Source: Candidatus Omnitrophota bacterium (lineage in GTDB: Bacteria; Omnitrophota; Gorgyraeia; JABMRG01). Taken from it: a stretch of 64,000 nucleotides of DNA. This document shows positions 40,084 to 50,869 of this stretch, piece by piece (within the stretch, counting starts at the first letter, position 1; each line of letters starts with the position of its first letter). The notes under the pieces are model-generated. The model was given only the letters and a program-made list of their open reading frames with translations. It ran no database searches and had not been told where the DNA came from. The stretch covers positions 55,966 to 119,965 of the forward strand of contig JAQUQI010000003.1 in NCBI GenBank assembly GCA_028716165.1, read 5' to 3'. The position numbers and the translations under genes are program-made.

Positions 40084-40611
40084 ATGCAGGTAAACATTAC
40101 AACCAGGCACGTGGAACTTGATAACGGCATGAAGGCGTATATCAATGATAAGCTTTCAAGGCTTGCCAAATACAATAATTCCATAGAAGACACCCGCGCG
40201 GTTTTTCAAAAAGAAAAATTTATTCATATTACGGAAATAACGGTTACAGGCCGCGGTTTTCGTATCGCGGCCGTTGAGAAAGACCAGGCGCTCAAGGCCT
40301 CGTTTGATTTGTGCCTGGCCAATGCCCAAAAACAACTTAAAAAGGCCAGAGCCAAGGCAAAGGGAAGAAGGATACGCGATATATTTTACGGTATAAATGT
40401 GTTTAGAAAAAGCGAGAATAGACTGCCTAAGCCTTGCGGGAACATTGTCAAGGTTGAATCTTTTGCCGCGAAACCCATGTCTCCGGAAGAGGCCGCGTTG
40501 GAACTGGAAGCCTTTGGCAAGCAGTTTGTAGTTTTTCATAATGCGTCGGATAACAGCATGAATGTTTTGTATAAGCGCAAAAACGGAGATTACGGCCTTA
40601 TCCAGCCATAG
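40084..40611 (+). CDS. hpf: ribosome hibernation promoting factor (long HPF/RaiA)
   Basis: N-terminal RaiA fold (MQVNITTRHVELDNGMKAYINDKL) plus a C-terminal dimerisation extension; follows lptB directly with no rpoN between them. Confidence 0.85.
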   Translation: MQVNITTRHVELDNGMKAYINDKLSRLAKYNNSIEDTRAVFQKEKFIHITEITVTGRGFRIAAVEKDQALKASFDLCLANAQKQLKKARAKAKGRRIRDIFYGINVFRKSENRLPKPCGNIVKVESFAAKPMSPEEAALELEAFGKQFVVFHNASDNSMNVLYKRKNGDYGLIQP

Positions 40612-40631
40612 CCGGAAGGAGATAACAGATA

Positions 40632-41897
40632 GTGAAGATAAAGGTTGAGGACGCGAGCAAGGCGCAAAAACTAATAAAGATAGAAGTGGAACCGCAGAGG
40701 GTGGACGCCGCCCTTAACGAGGTTTATGACAGCATAAAGAAAAATGCCAGTGTTCCCGGATACCGGCCCGGCAGGGTTCCGATGGATCTTTTGAAGGCGC
40801 ATTATAACAAGAGGGCCAGCGAAGAGGCGGTCAACAGCCTTATATGGCAATGTTACGAACAGGCTGTGTCCGGGCAGGGCATAAAGGTATTGGGCTATCC
40901 CGTTGTCCAAGACGTTAATTATACGGAGAATAAAAACTTATCTTTTTCGGTTAGAGTTGATGTCAGCCCTGAATTTAAGCTTAAACAATATAAGGGGATA
41001 AAGGTAAGCCAAAAGCCCTGCCAGGTAACGGATGAAGATATTGACAAAGCAATGGGGCAGATACAAGAATCCATGGCGCAATACAAGGATATCGCCCCCA
41101 GGCCGATAAAAAACGGAGATTATATTGTATGCCTTTATGAATGTTTTGAAAACGGAAAACTGGTTGACAAAAAAGATAAACTGTGGCTATATATTAACGA
41201 CAAACTTCAGCCGAAAGAGCTATTGCAGGCGCTCTTAGGCGCTGATATAGATACCGAAAAGCAGGCTCTTGTCAAATACCCCGAGGATTATGAATATAAG
41301 GAACTTGCCGGCAGGCAAAGGCTTTATAAGATTACTCCCAAGCAGATAAAAGAAAAGATATTACCGGAGATAGACGATGAGTTTGCCAAAAAGGCCGGTA
41401 ATTTTACAAGCATCGCGGATTTAAAAAAGTTTGTCAGTGATAATGCCGCCGCTTCAAAAAAGGCCGAATCGGAGCGGGACATTGAAAGGCAGATATATGA
41501 CTATCTGCTTAAAAGCCATGATTTTGATACGCCTGATTCGTTTGTGCAAAGACAACTGGACGCTCTTCTCCGGCAGGCCAAGCAAAGGCTTTTTTACCAG
41601 GGTTACAAAAAAGAGGATGTGGACGGGCTTGATAATAAATTGAAAGAGTCTTTACGCGATCAGGCCGAAAGAGATGTAAGGCTGTTTTTTATAATTGACA
41701 GAATATCCAAAGAAGAATCAATCAGCGCGCAGGATGAAGACATCAGGCAGAGGATAGCCGAGATAGCCGAGGAAGCTAAAGAAGACGTAGAAAAGACCGG
41801 AAAGAGGCTGGAGTCAGACGGCCTTATGGAAGGCCTGAAAGAGCAGATAGCTCACGACAAAACCGTAAGGTTTTTAATCAACGAGTCAAAGGGATAA
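40632..41897 (+). CDS. tig: trigger factor
   Basis: Ribosome-binding N-domain, central FKBP-type PPIase and C-terminal arm; 421 aa; GTG start; immediately upstream of clpP. Confidence 0.9.
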   Translation: MKIKVEDASKAQKLIKIEVEPQRVDAALNEVYDSIKKNASVPGYRPGRVPMDLLKAHYNKRASEEAVNSLIWQCYEQAVSGQGIKVLGYPVVQDVNYTENKNLSFSVRVDVSPEFKLKQYKGIKVSQKPCQVTDEDIDKAMGQIQESMAQYKDIAPRPIKNGDYIVCLYECFENGKLVDKKDKLWLYINDKLQPKELLQALLGADIDTEKQALVKYPEDYEYKELAGRQRLYKITPKQIKEKILPEIDDEFAKKAGNFTSIADLKKFVSDNAAASKKAESERDIERQIYDYLLKSHDFDTPDSFVQRQLDALLRQAKQRLFYQGYKKEDVDGLDNKLKESLRDQAERDVRLFFIIDRISKEESISAQDEDIRQRIAEIAEEAKEDVEKTGKRLESDGLMEGLKEQIAHDKTVRFLINESKG

Positions 41898-41962
41898 ACA
41901 GGCCGGCCGCTTATTATGTCCGGCAATTCCATCGTAACAGTAATATAACCGGAGGATGCAAT

Positions 41963-42568
41963 ATGGATGCGAAATTACAGACTTTGGTGCCCATGGTTGT
42001 TGAGCAGACCGGCCGCGCGGAACGCGCCTATGATATATATTCAAGATTGTTGAAAGACAGAATAGTATTTATAGGCACTCCCATAGATGACGGTATAGCC
42101 AATCTTATCATAGCCCAGTTGTTGTTCCTGCAGATGGAGGACCCTGATAAAGATATAAACGTGTATGTCAATTCGCCCGGGGGGCATGTGACGAGCGGGC
42201 TCGCCATATATGATACTATGCAGTTTGTTAAGCCTGATGTCAACACATATTGTATAGGCCAGGCGGCGAGTATGGGCGCTTTACTTTTGGCCGGCGGCAC
42301 AAAAGGCAAAAGATACGCTTTACCGAACGCGCGAATAATGATACATCAGCCGTGGGGCGGCGCGGAGGGCAGCGCTTCCGATATCCACATACAGGCCAAA
42401 GAGATATTGAGAATGAGAGAGCGTATAAATCAATTATTAGTCTATCATACGGGCCAGCCGCTGGACAAGGTGGAAAAGGATACCGACAGGGATTATTTCA
42501 TGACATCGGATGAGGCGATGAAATATAATCTTGTTGATCATGTTATTGACACGTTAAAGAAAAAATAA
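41963..42568 (+). CDS. clpP: ATP-dependent Clp protease proteolytic subunit
   Basis: Catalytic triad context ([14 protein letters not shown] with Ser, IMIHQP with His, Asp downstream). Confidence 0.95.
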   Translation: MDAKLQTLVPMVVEQTGRAERAYDIYSRLLKDRIVFIGTPIDDGIANLIIAQLLFLQMEDPDKDINVYVNSPGGHVTSGLAIYDTMQFVKPDVNTYCIGQAASMGALLLAGGTKGKRYALPNARIMIHQPWGGAEGSASDIHIQAKEILRMRERINQLLVYHTGQPLDKVEKDTDRDYFMTSDEAMKYNLVDHVIDTLKKK

Positions 42569-42569
42569 C

Positions 42570-42607
42570 CCCGGCCGGCCGGGCATATGGCAGGTTGTAT
42601 TTTTTTT
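42570..42607 (+). terminator. candidate terminator region after clpP: 14-nt GC palindrome CCCGGCCGGCCGGG then a T8 tract 14 nt downstream
   Basis: Read directly from the sequence; the hairpin and T tract are not immediately adjacent, hence low confidence. Confidence 0.25.
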
Positions 42608-42659
42608 AGCGCTTTAACATCGCAGGCATGAGTTTATCTACAGGAAAGGAGACAAGTTT

Positions 42660-43796
42660 ATGCAGAAGCGTTATCTTTTGACTCCGGGGCCTACACCGGT
42701 GCCCGAGAATGTATTGCTGGAAATGGCAAAGCCTGTGATACATCACAGGACACCCCAATTTATGGCGGTATTAAAGGAGGCGGTTGACGGATTAAAATAT
42801 ATCCTGCAGACAAAAAATGATGTATTTTTATTTACTTCATCAGGCACAGGCGCCATGGAGAGCGCTGTCGCGAACCTGTTATCTCAATCCGACAAGGCCA
42901 TAGTTGTAAGAGGCGGTAAATTCGGAGAACGTTTTACGGAGATATGCCAGGCATATGGAGTAAACGCTATCAACCTTGATGTGGAATGGGGTAATGCTGT
43001 TGACTCTGTCAGGATAAAAGACCTCTTGGCAAAGGATAAGTCTATAAAGGCTGTTTATGTAACATTGTGCGAGACATCAACGGCCGTTGTAAATGATATC
43101 AAGGCCATAGGTGATATTGTTTCCAAGACCTCTGCTGTTCTTGTCGTGGATGTTATAAGCGGTTTAGGTTCGGTTGAGTTTAAGACAGATGAGTGGAAGG
43201 TGGATATAGCGGTAGGGGGTTCGCAGAAAGGCCTTATGGTACCGCCGGGGCTTGCCTTTGTTTCTGTCAGCGAAAAAGCTCTTGCCATGGCCAAGACATC
43301 AAAATTACCAAAATTTTATTTCAGTTATGAGGCAGCCAAAAAAGCGGCCGACAAAAACGATACACCGTGGACACCAGCTTTAACTCTTGTGATAGGTTTG
43401 GTAGAGGCTATAAAGATGATAAGGCAGGAGACGATTGAGGCGGCCATTGCCAGGCAGAGAAAGATGGCACAGGCTATAAGGGCCGCGGCTTTAGCCATGG
43501 GCCTTGAGCTCTACGCGCCCAAGGCGGCAAGTGATTCGGTGACCGCTATAAAGGTTCCGTCTAATATTGACGGTGCAAAGCTTGTTAAGACCATGCGTGA
43601 TGTGCATGGTGTCGGCATAGCCGGCGGACAAGCGGAATTAAAAGGCAAGATAATAAGAATAGCCAGTATGGGTTTTATGACACAGTGGGATATAATTGTG
43701 GCTGTATCATGCCTTGAAATGACATTAAGGCAGATGGGGCATAATCTGGCCCTCGGATCAGGGGTCAAGGCCGCAGAAGAAATTTTTAGCAGATAA
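42660..43796 (+). CDS. class V aminotransferase (serine-glyoxylate / phosphoserine aminotransferase-like)
   Basis: PLP fold type I class V pattern (TPGPTPVPENVL, SSGTGAMES, SQKGLMVPPGLA with the Schiff-base Lys); adjacent to serA. Confidence 0.8.
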   Translation: MQKRYLLTPGPTPVPENVLLEMAKPVIHHRTPQFMAVLKEAVDGLKYILQTKNDVFLFTSSGTGAMESAVANLLSQSDKAIVVRGGKFGERFTEICQAYGVNAINLDVEWGNAVDSVRIKDLLAKDKSIKAVYVTLCETSTAVVNDIKAIGDIVSKTSAVLVVDVISGLGSVEFKTDEWKVDIAVGGSQKGLMVPPGLAFVSVSEKALAMAKTSKLPKFYFSYEAAKKAADKNDTPWTPALTLVIGLVEAIKMIRQETIEAAIARQRKMAQAIRAAALAMGLELYAPKAASDSVTAIKVPSNIDGAKLVKTMRDVHGVGIAGGQAELKGKIIRIASMGFMTQWDIIVAVSCLEMTLRQMGHNLALGSGVKAAEEIFSR

Positions 43797-43836
43797 AGTA
43801 GAGCAGGCATACTCTTTCTAAATCAAGGAGACGCGT

Positions 43837-45420
43837 ATGTTCAAGATACTGGTTAGCGATCCGTTAAGCGAGAAGGGTCTTTTGATCCTTGAGAAGGAAA
43901 AGGATATAAAAGTTGATGTAAAGATCAAACAGCCGGCAGATGTCCTTAAAAAAATAATTAAGGATTATGACGCTTTGATAATTCGCAGTGAGACCAAGGC
44001 AACGGCTGATCTGATAGCGTGCGCCGATAAATTGAAAGTAATCGGCCGGGCCGGCGTGGGCCTTGATAACGTGGATGTTGCCTCTGCCACCAAGAAAGGC
44101 ATTATCGTGATGAACACGCCGGGAGGTAATACCATATCAACGGCTGAACATACAATGAGCATGATACTGGCATTATCGCGCAATATTGCTCCTGCCGACG
44201 CCTCAATGAAAAGCGGCCAATGGGAAAGAAAAAAGTTTATGGGTGTTGAGCTTTACGGAAAGGCTTTAGGGATAATCGGTTTGGGGAGGATAGGAAGCGA
44301 AGTCGCCGGACGCTGTTTGAGTTTTGGCATGCGTGTATTGGCATATGACCCGTTTCTGGCGCCTGAAAAAGCTTCTGATTCCGGCATAGAACCTGCTGAC
44401 TTGAAGAAGATATTTTCAGCCTCCGATTATATTACCGTGCATACGCCTTTGACATCAGATACCAGGCATCTTATAGGCGAAAAAGAGATAGATATGATGA
44501 AGCCGGGAGTCAGGCTTATAAATTGCGCCCGCGGCGGTATTATGGACGAAAAGGCTGTTTTAAAAGGCATTGAATCCGGCAAGGTCGCCGGCGCCGCCTT
44601 TGATGTATATGAAGAAGAACCACCTAAAAACAGCCCCCTCGTATTATCGGATAAGGTCCTGACCACTCCCCATCTGGGCGCTTCTACCGCTGAAGCGCAG
44701 GATAATGTGGCATTGGAGGTGGCCCAGCAGGTTGTTGACGCCCTCTTAAACAGAGGTATAAGGAACGCTATTAATATCCCTTATATTGAATTAAAGGCAT
44801 GGAAGGTCTTGAGGCCTTATATGATACTTGCTGAAAAAATGGGTATGATGCAGGCCCAGCTTGCCCAAGGCCCCATAGGAATGGTAAGCTTGGAATACGC
44901 AGGCGAAGTGGCCAAGCACGATATAGCGGCCATTACCACGGCATTCATAAAAGGCCTTTTGACGACAGCTGTAGGCGAAATGGTCAATAATGTTAATGCG
45001 ATTGCCATAGCCAGGGAACGCGATATAAAGATAACGGAATCCAAGACAAATCAGGTTGAGGAATTCGCGCATCTTATCACTGCAGTCGTGAAATCAGGCG
45101 GCAAGACATTATCCATATCCGGCGCCTTGTTCGCTAATAATCAGCCGCGCATTGTTAAGATAGATGGTTATTATGTTGATGCCCTGCCGGAAGGCAACAT
45201 GATATTGATATCCAATAAGGATGTCCCCGGTGTTGTGGGCCAGCTTGGGACATTGCTGGGAAAGAACGGAATAAATATAGCGGGTATGACATTCGGCAGG
45301 CAAAAACCCTCCGGCAGGGCCATAAGCTTATGCAATGTGGACAGCAAGATCTCTGCCGAACTGATATCGCAGTTGAAGGGCCTTAAAGACATATTTGACG
45401 CCTGGGCCATAAGCCTATAG
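43837..45420 (+). CDS. serA: D-3-phosphoglycerate dehydrogenase (with ACT domain)
   Basis: 2-hydroxyacid dehydrogenase NAD motif (GIIGLGRIGSEVA), catalytic His/Glu region, and C-terminal ASB plus ACT domains; 527 aa. Confidence 0.9.
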   Translation: MFKILVSDPLSEKGLLILEKEKDIKVDVKIKQPADVLKKIIKDYDALIIRSETKATADLIACADKLKVIGRAGVGLDNVDVASATKKGIIVMNTPGGNTISTAEHTMSMILALSRNIAPADASMKSGQWERKKFMGVELYGKALGIIGLGRIGSEVAGRCLSFGMRVLAYDPFLAPEKASDSGIEPADLKKIFSASDYITVHTPLTSDTRHLIGEKEIDMMKPGVRLINCARGGIMDEKAVLKGIESGKVAGAAFDVYEEEPPKNSPLVLSDKVLTTPHLGASTAEAQDNVALEVAQQVVDALLNRGIRNAINIPYIELKAWKVLRPYMILAEKMGMMQAQLAQGPIGMVSLEYAGEVAKHDIAAITTAFIKGLLTTAVGEMVNNVNAIAIARERDIKITESKTNQVEEFAHLITAVVKSGGKTLSISGALFANNQPRIVKIDGYYVDALPEGNMILISNKDVPGVVGQLGTLLGKNGINIAGMTFGRQKPSGRAISLCNVDSKISAELISQLKGLKDIFDAWAISL

Positions 45421-45515
45421 CCTTATTCCGGCGGCATGTTTGTAAAAATTATTCCGGTTTTATAAGGTTACGAACAATACTGCTCTGCCTTGATGCGCGC
45501 GCAAACATTATTTTA

Positions 45516-45551
45516 AGGTGGCAATACAGGGCCGGCACACCGTAATGGCCC
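45516..45551 (+). terminator. intrinsic-terminator-like hairpin (ACAGGGCC-N13-GGCCCCTGT plus TTTTT) in the leader, 28 nt upstream of the next start codon
   Basis: Stem of about 8 bp with a 1-nt bulge and a 13-nt loop, immediately followed by TTTTTATAAAA; could be the serA terminator or an attenuator for the downstream synthase gene. Confidence 0.45.
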
Positions 45552-45578
45552 CTGTTTTTATAAAATTGGAGGTAAAAC

Positions 45579-46817
45579 ATGAAAAAAGAACCAATCATCA
45601 GGATTATAGACGTGACCAACAGGGACGGAGTGCAGACTTCGCGCATTTGCCTGTCAAAACTCCAGAAGACAATGATAAATATCTATCTTAACGAGATGGG
45701 TATTTACCAGAGCGAATTCGGTTTTCCTGTTACGCGTCATGAAACTAATTATTTAAATGCCAACATGGAACTTGTCAGATCCGGCGCGTTAAAGCCCATA
45801 ATTTTGAGCGGCTGGATAAGGGCCATAGCCCCTGACGTTGAAGAGGCAGTCAAACAAACAAAGGTTGAACACCTGAATATCTCTATATCCACGTCTGAAC
45901 AGATGATGAAAGGCAAGTTCATGGGCAAAAAATCAGGCGATGATATAATAGCGATGATGGTTGAGGCCTTGAGGCTTGCCAAGAAAAAAGGGATAAAGAC
46001 CGTGGGCGTTAATGCCGAGGACGGTTCAAGGTCTGATCTGGATTACCTGGTAAAATTTGCCAAGGCCGCCAAGGACAATGGCGCGGACAGGATAAGGTAT
46101 TGCGATACGCTGGGATACGACGATCCTTTCAGCATATATGACAGGATATACCATATAGCCGGTAAGGTCGGTATCCCAATAGAACTGCATTGCCATAATG
46201 ACCTTGGGCTTGTTGCGGCCAATTCAATAGCAGGGGCCAAGGCTGCCATAGATGCGGGTGTTGATGCGTACATAAACACAACGGTAAATGGTTTTGGAGA
46301 GAGGGCCGGAAATGCTGATCTGGTATCGGTAATATTGGCCTTAAAATATGCCAGCGGTTTTCAGGGTAAATATAGAATAGACGGTAATATTGACCTCTCA
46401 AAGTCATGGAAGATAGCCAAATACGCCTCATACGCGTTTAATGTGCCTATACCGATAAATCAACCCGGGGTAGGCGCCAACGCCTTTGCGCATGAATCCG
46501 GCATACATGCCGACGGGGCCTTAAAGGACAGGCGTAATTATGAACTGTATGATTATGAAGAGCTGGGCAGGGGCGAACCTGAAATAATAGATACAGGCAG
46601 GCAGATAACCGCGGGCGAATACAGCGGCATTAAGGGTTTCAGGAACGTTTATGATAAACTTGAGGTAAAGTTTAAAGACGACAAAGAGGCGGCTGAAATA
46701 CTTGAGCTTGTAAGATATGCCAATGTCCATAACCAAAAACCGCTTGTTGAGGATGAATTAAAATTTGTCGCCAGCTATCCGGATATAGCCCGTAAAATTT
46801 TTACAATGAAGCCGTAA
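45579..46817 (+). CDS. short HMGL-family synthase (homocitrate / citramalate / 2-isopropylmalate synthase family, no regulatory domain)
   Basis: DRE-TIM barrel motifs (VTNRDGVQT, HCHNDLGLVAANS, ESGIH) but only 412 aa, lacking the LeuA C-terminal regulatory domain; a paralog of the leuA at 11664. Confidence 0.75.
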   Translation: MKKEPIIRIIDVTNRDGVQTSRICLSKLQKTMINIYLNEMGIYQSEFGFPVTRHETNYLNANMELVRSGALKPIILSGWIRAIAPDVEEAVKQTKVEHLNISISTSEQMMKGKFMGKKSGDDIIAMMVEALRLAKKKGIKTVGVNAEDGSRSDLDYLVKFAKAAKDNGADRIRYCDTLGYDDPFSIYDRIYHIAGKVGIPIELHCHNDLGLVAANSIAGAKAAIDAGVDAYINTTVNGFGERAGNADLVSVILALKYASGFQGKYRIDGNIDLSKSWKIAKYASYAFNVPIPINQPGVGANAFAHESGIHADGALKDRRNYELYDYEELGRGEPEIIDTGRQITAGEYSGIKGFRNVYDKLEVKFKDDKEAAEILELVRYANVHNQKPLVEDELKFVASYPDIARKIFTMKP

Positions 46818-46888
46818 CCGGCGCTTCGCGGGGTTATTTTTTAAAACACGGCTGTCCGCTTAAGGGTATGACGGCCATAGCAGGATAA

Positions 46889-48777
<1,889 letters not shown>

Positions 48778-48813
48778 GTGTTTTAGAAGGCGCAAATACA
48801 AGGAGATATAAAC

Positions 48814-48894
48814 ATGCCAAAGAGAAAAAGAAAAGGTAAACTGCAGTGGAGGAGTAAGAGGGCCAACAAGGGGGCCAGGCCCTGCAAGGGCTGA
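48814..48894 (+). CDS. candidate small ORF encoding a 26-aa highly basic peptide (MPKRKRKGKLQWRSKRANKGARPCKG)
   Basis: Strong Shine-Dalgarno AGGAG 8 nt upstream of the ATG; 13 of 26 residues are Lys/Arg; below the 60-aa ORF-track threshold; function unknown. Confidence 0.3.
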   Translation: MPKRKRKGKLQWRSKRANKGARPCKG

Positions 48895-49066
48895 TAGAAG
48901 CTCGCCGCCGTGATAATAATTTTACCGCTCTCATGGCGAAGAAATGGTTTTACTTGGGTTAAGAATACAGATTTGTTTTTAAATTGCCGGGTATGTGAAT
49001 ATAAAATGGGTACTGTGTCCAGTATCCTCTAATCCCGCGAGGCTATTTCTTACAAGGAGGTGTCAG

Positions 49067-49726
49067 ATGAGGTCAAGCGTCTTATTGATCGTGTTCTGCC
49101 TGATCGTGTCTCTTGCGGTTTCAGGCTGCGCCGTCGGTTTTTATAAAGGCAGGCCGAGCGATAAAGAGAAGATTGAGGCATTGAAAGATGAGCTGGCCCG
49201 GTTAAGAGAGGCCAAGAGCATGTTAGACGGAAGGCTGAAAGAAGAAATAGATTCCGATAAAGTTTCACTGACAATGGATGAGAGAGGCATAGTAATTACC
49301 TTTGTCGCCGAGGTATTATTTGATTCGGGCAAGGCCGACTTAAAATCTGAAGGCACGGTGATACTGCAAAAGATAGCTTCCGTGATAAGCAGGGAAGCGG
49401 CTGATAACGAGATCAGTATTGAAGGCCATACCGATAATGTTCCTATAAAACATTCGCACTGGAAATCCAATTGGGACCTTTCCACGGCCAGGGCAACGAG
49501 CGTTCTCCATTATCTTGTCAGCGACTGCTCTCTTAGGCCGGATAATTTATCTGCCACAGGTTATGGCGAATACAGGCCGGTAAAGTCCAATAGCACTGCC
49601 GAAGGAAGGCAGGCTAACAGAAGGGTGGAGATTATAATTAAGCCTGTCCCGTCCGCTAAAGTTTCATACGGCCCGGTAGAAAACGTAATTGACGATTCCG
49701 AAGAAGGTTCGGAATATGTCAAATAG
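49067..49726 (+). CDS. OmpA/MotB-family peptidoglycan-binding lipoprotein with N-terminal coiled coil
   Basis: Signal peptide with lipobox (LAVSGCAV), a coiled-coil segment, then an OmpA_C-like domain (…FDSGKADLK…NEISIEGHTDNVPI…NWDLSTARATSV…ANRRVEI); ATG at 49067 preceded by AGGAGG. Confidence 0.75.
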   Translation: MRSSVLLIVFCLIVSLAVSGCAVGFYKGRPSDKEKIEALKDELARLREAKSMLDGRLKEEIDSDKVSLTMDERGIVITFVAEVLFDSGKADLKSEGTVILQKIASVISREAADNEISIEGHTDNVPIKHSHWKSNWDLSTARATSVLHYLVSDCSLRPDNLSATGYGEYRPVKSNSTAEGRQANRRVEIIIKPVPSAKVSYGPVENVIDDSEEGSEYVK

Positions 49727-50078
49727 CTTTAGGGTGCATATAGCGCTCTTTGTTATTATCATTATATTGTCTTTATCCTTAATAAGGGCCGGTTCCCACT
49801 CAAGCCTGGTCAAGAAGGAAAACGCGGACCTTATAAGCCAGCATGATATTTTATTGTCAAAGACAAAGGCATTATCCGAGCGGCTTGATGAGGTGATGGC
49901 CGAGCTGGAAGGTCAAAATGCTGTTTTGGAGGATGCCAACAACAGCCTCGCGCGCGAGAGGCTTAAAAATGCCCGGCTTGTCCAGGATATTGAAAACATG
50001 AAACAGTCTTTTGCCTCCAACGACAGCGCGCAAAACGAGGCCGCTGTTGTTACGGCGACTGCTGTCTTGGAACAGTAA
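49716..50078 (+). CDS. hypothetical single-pass membrane protein with coiled coil
   Basis: N-terminal hydrophobic helix (VHIALFVIIIILSLSLI) followed by a heptad-rich segment (LSKTKALSERLDEVMAELEGQNAVLEDANNSLARERLKN); start taken at the internal ATG 49716 overlapping the upstream stop. Confidence 0.45.
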   Translation: MSNSFRVHIALFVIIIILSLSLIRAGSHSSLVKKENADLISQHDILLSKTKALSERLDEVMAELEGQNAVLEDANNSLARERLKNARLVQDIENMKQSFASNDSAQNEAAVVTATAVLEQ

Positions 50079-50134
50079 ACAAGCGTTCGTTAGGGTTTTT
50101 TTAAAACTACGCACACTATAACACAAAACCGGTA

Positions 50135-50869
50135 TTGTCAAAGGCGGACCGCGTGGCTGAGAATAGCAGGCTTCCAAGACATATTGCCGTAATAATGGAC
50201 GGTAACGGCAGATGGGCGCGCAGGCGGCATCTGCCGCACGCCTTTGGCCATCGCCGCGGCGCTAAAAGCGTTGATATTATTACCCAGTATTGCGCCAGGT
50301 TAGGTATTGAAGCCCTTACCCTTTATAGTTTCTCAACTGAAAACTGGAAACGCCCGCCTGAAGAGATCAATGCTTTGATGGATCTTTTGTGCAAGTATCT
50401 GCAAAGTAAATATAAAAAATTGCAGGATAATGATATCAGGCTTAACGCTATCGGCAGGCTTGAGGCCTTGCCCATGGCCGTAAGGTCAGTCCTTTTTGAT
50501 GTCATGAAAAAAACGGCCGCTAACAAAAAAATGGTATTGACTCTCGCGCTTAATTACGGCGGCAGGCAGGAAATTACGGATGCCGCGCGGGCGCTTGCCG
50601 CGGACGCCAGAGACCGGCGTATCGCGCCTGAAGATATAGATGAAGCGCTTTTTGCCGGTTACCTGTATACCCGGGGCCTGCCGGAGATAGACCTTTTGAT
50701 AAGGACAAGCGGAGAATTCAGGTTGAGCAATTTTTTATTATGGCAGTTATCATACGCGGAGATAGTCATAACCAAAACCCTCTGGCCTGATTTCGGAAAA
50801 AAAGATCTTGACGACGCTTTGGGGCAGTATTGCAAAAGGGACAGGCGTTTCGGAGCCAGGACATGTTAA
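50135..50869 (+). CDS. uppS: undecaprenyl diphosphate synthase (cis-prenyltransferase)
   Basis: HIAVIMDGNGRWA and the ...RTSGE.RLSNFLLWQ motifs; TTG at 50135 or GTG at 50153 as start. Confidence 0.9.
   Translation: MSKADRVAENSRLPRHIAVIMDGNGRWARRRHLPHAFGHRRGAKSVDIITQYCARLGIEALTLYSFSTENWKRPPEEINALMDLLCKYLQSKYKKLQDNDIRLNAIGRLEALPMAVRSVLFDVMKKTAANKKMVLTLALNYGGRQEITDAARALAADARDRRIAPEDIDEALFAGYLYTRGLPEIDLLIRTSGEFRLSNFLLWQLSYAEIVITKTLWPDFGKKDLDDALGQYCKRDRRFGARTC

Noticed and set aside
45480-45578. T-box or purine riboswitch upstream of the HMGL-family gene
   Set aside because: The leader is too short for a T-box and lacks the AGGGUGGNACCGCG T-box sequence. A GGCACaCCGTAAtGGCCC stretch loosely resembles the purine-riboswitch P3/L3 (GGGCACCGUAAAUGUCC), but the P1/P2/J1-2 elements are not present in the right order; kept only as a generic attenuator candidate.
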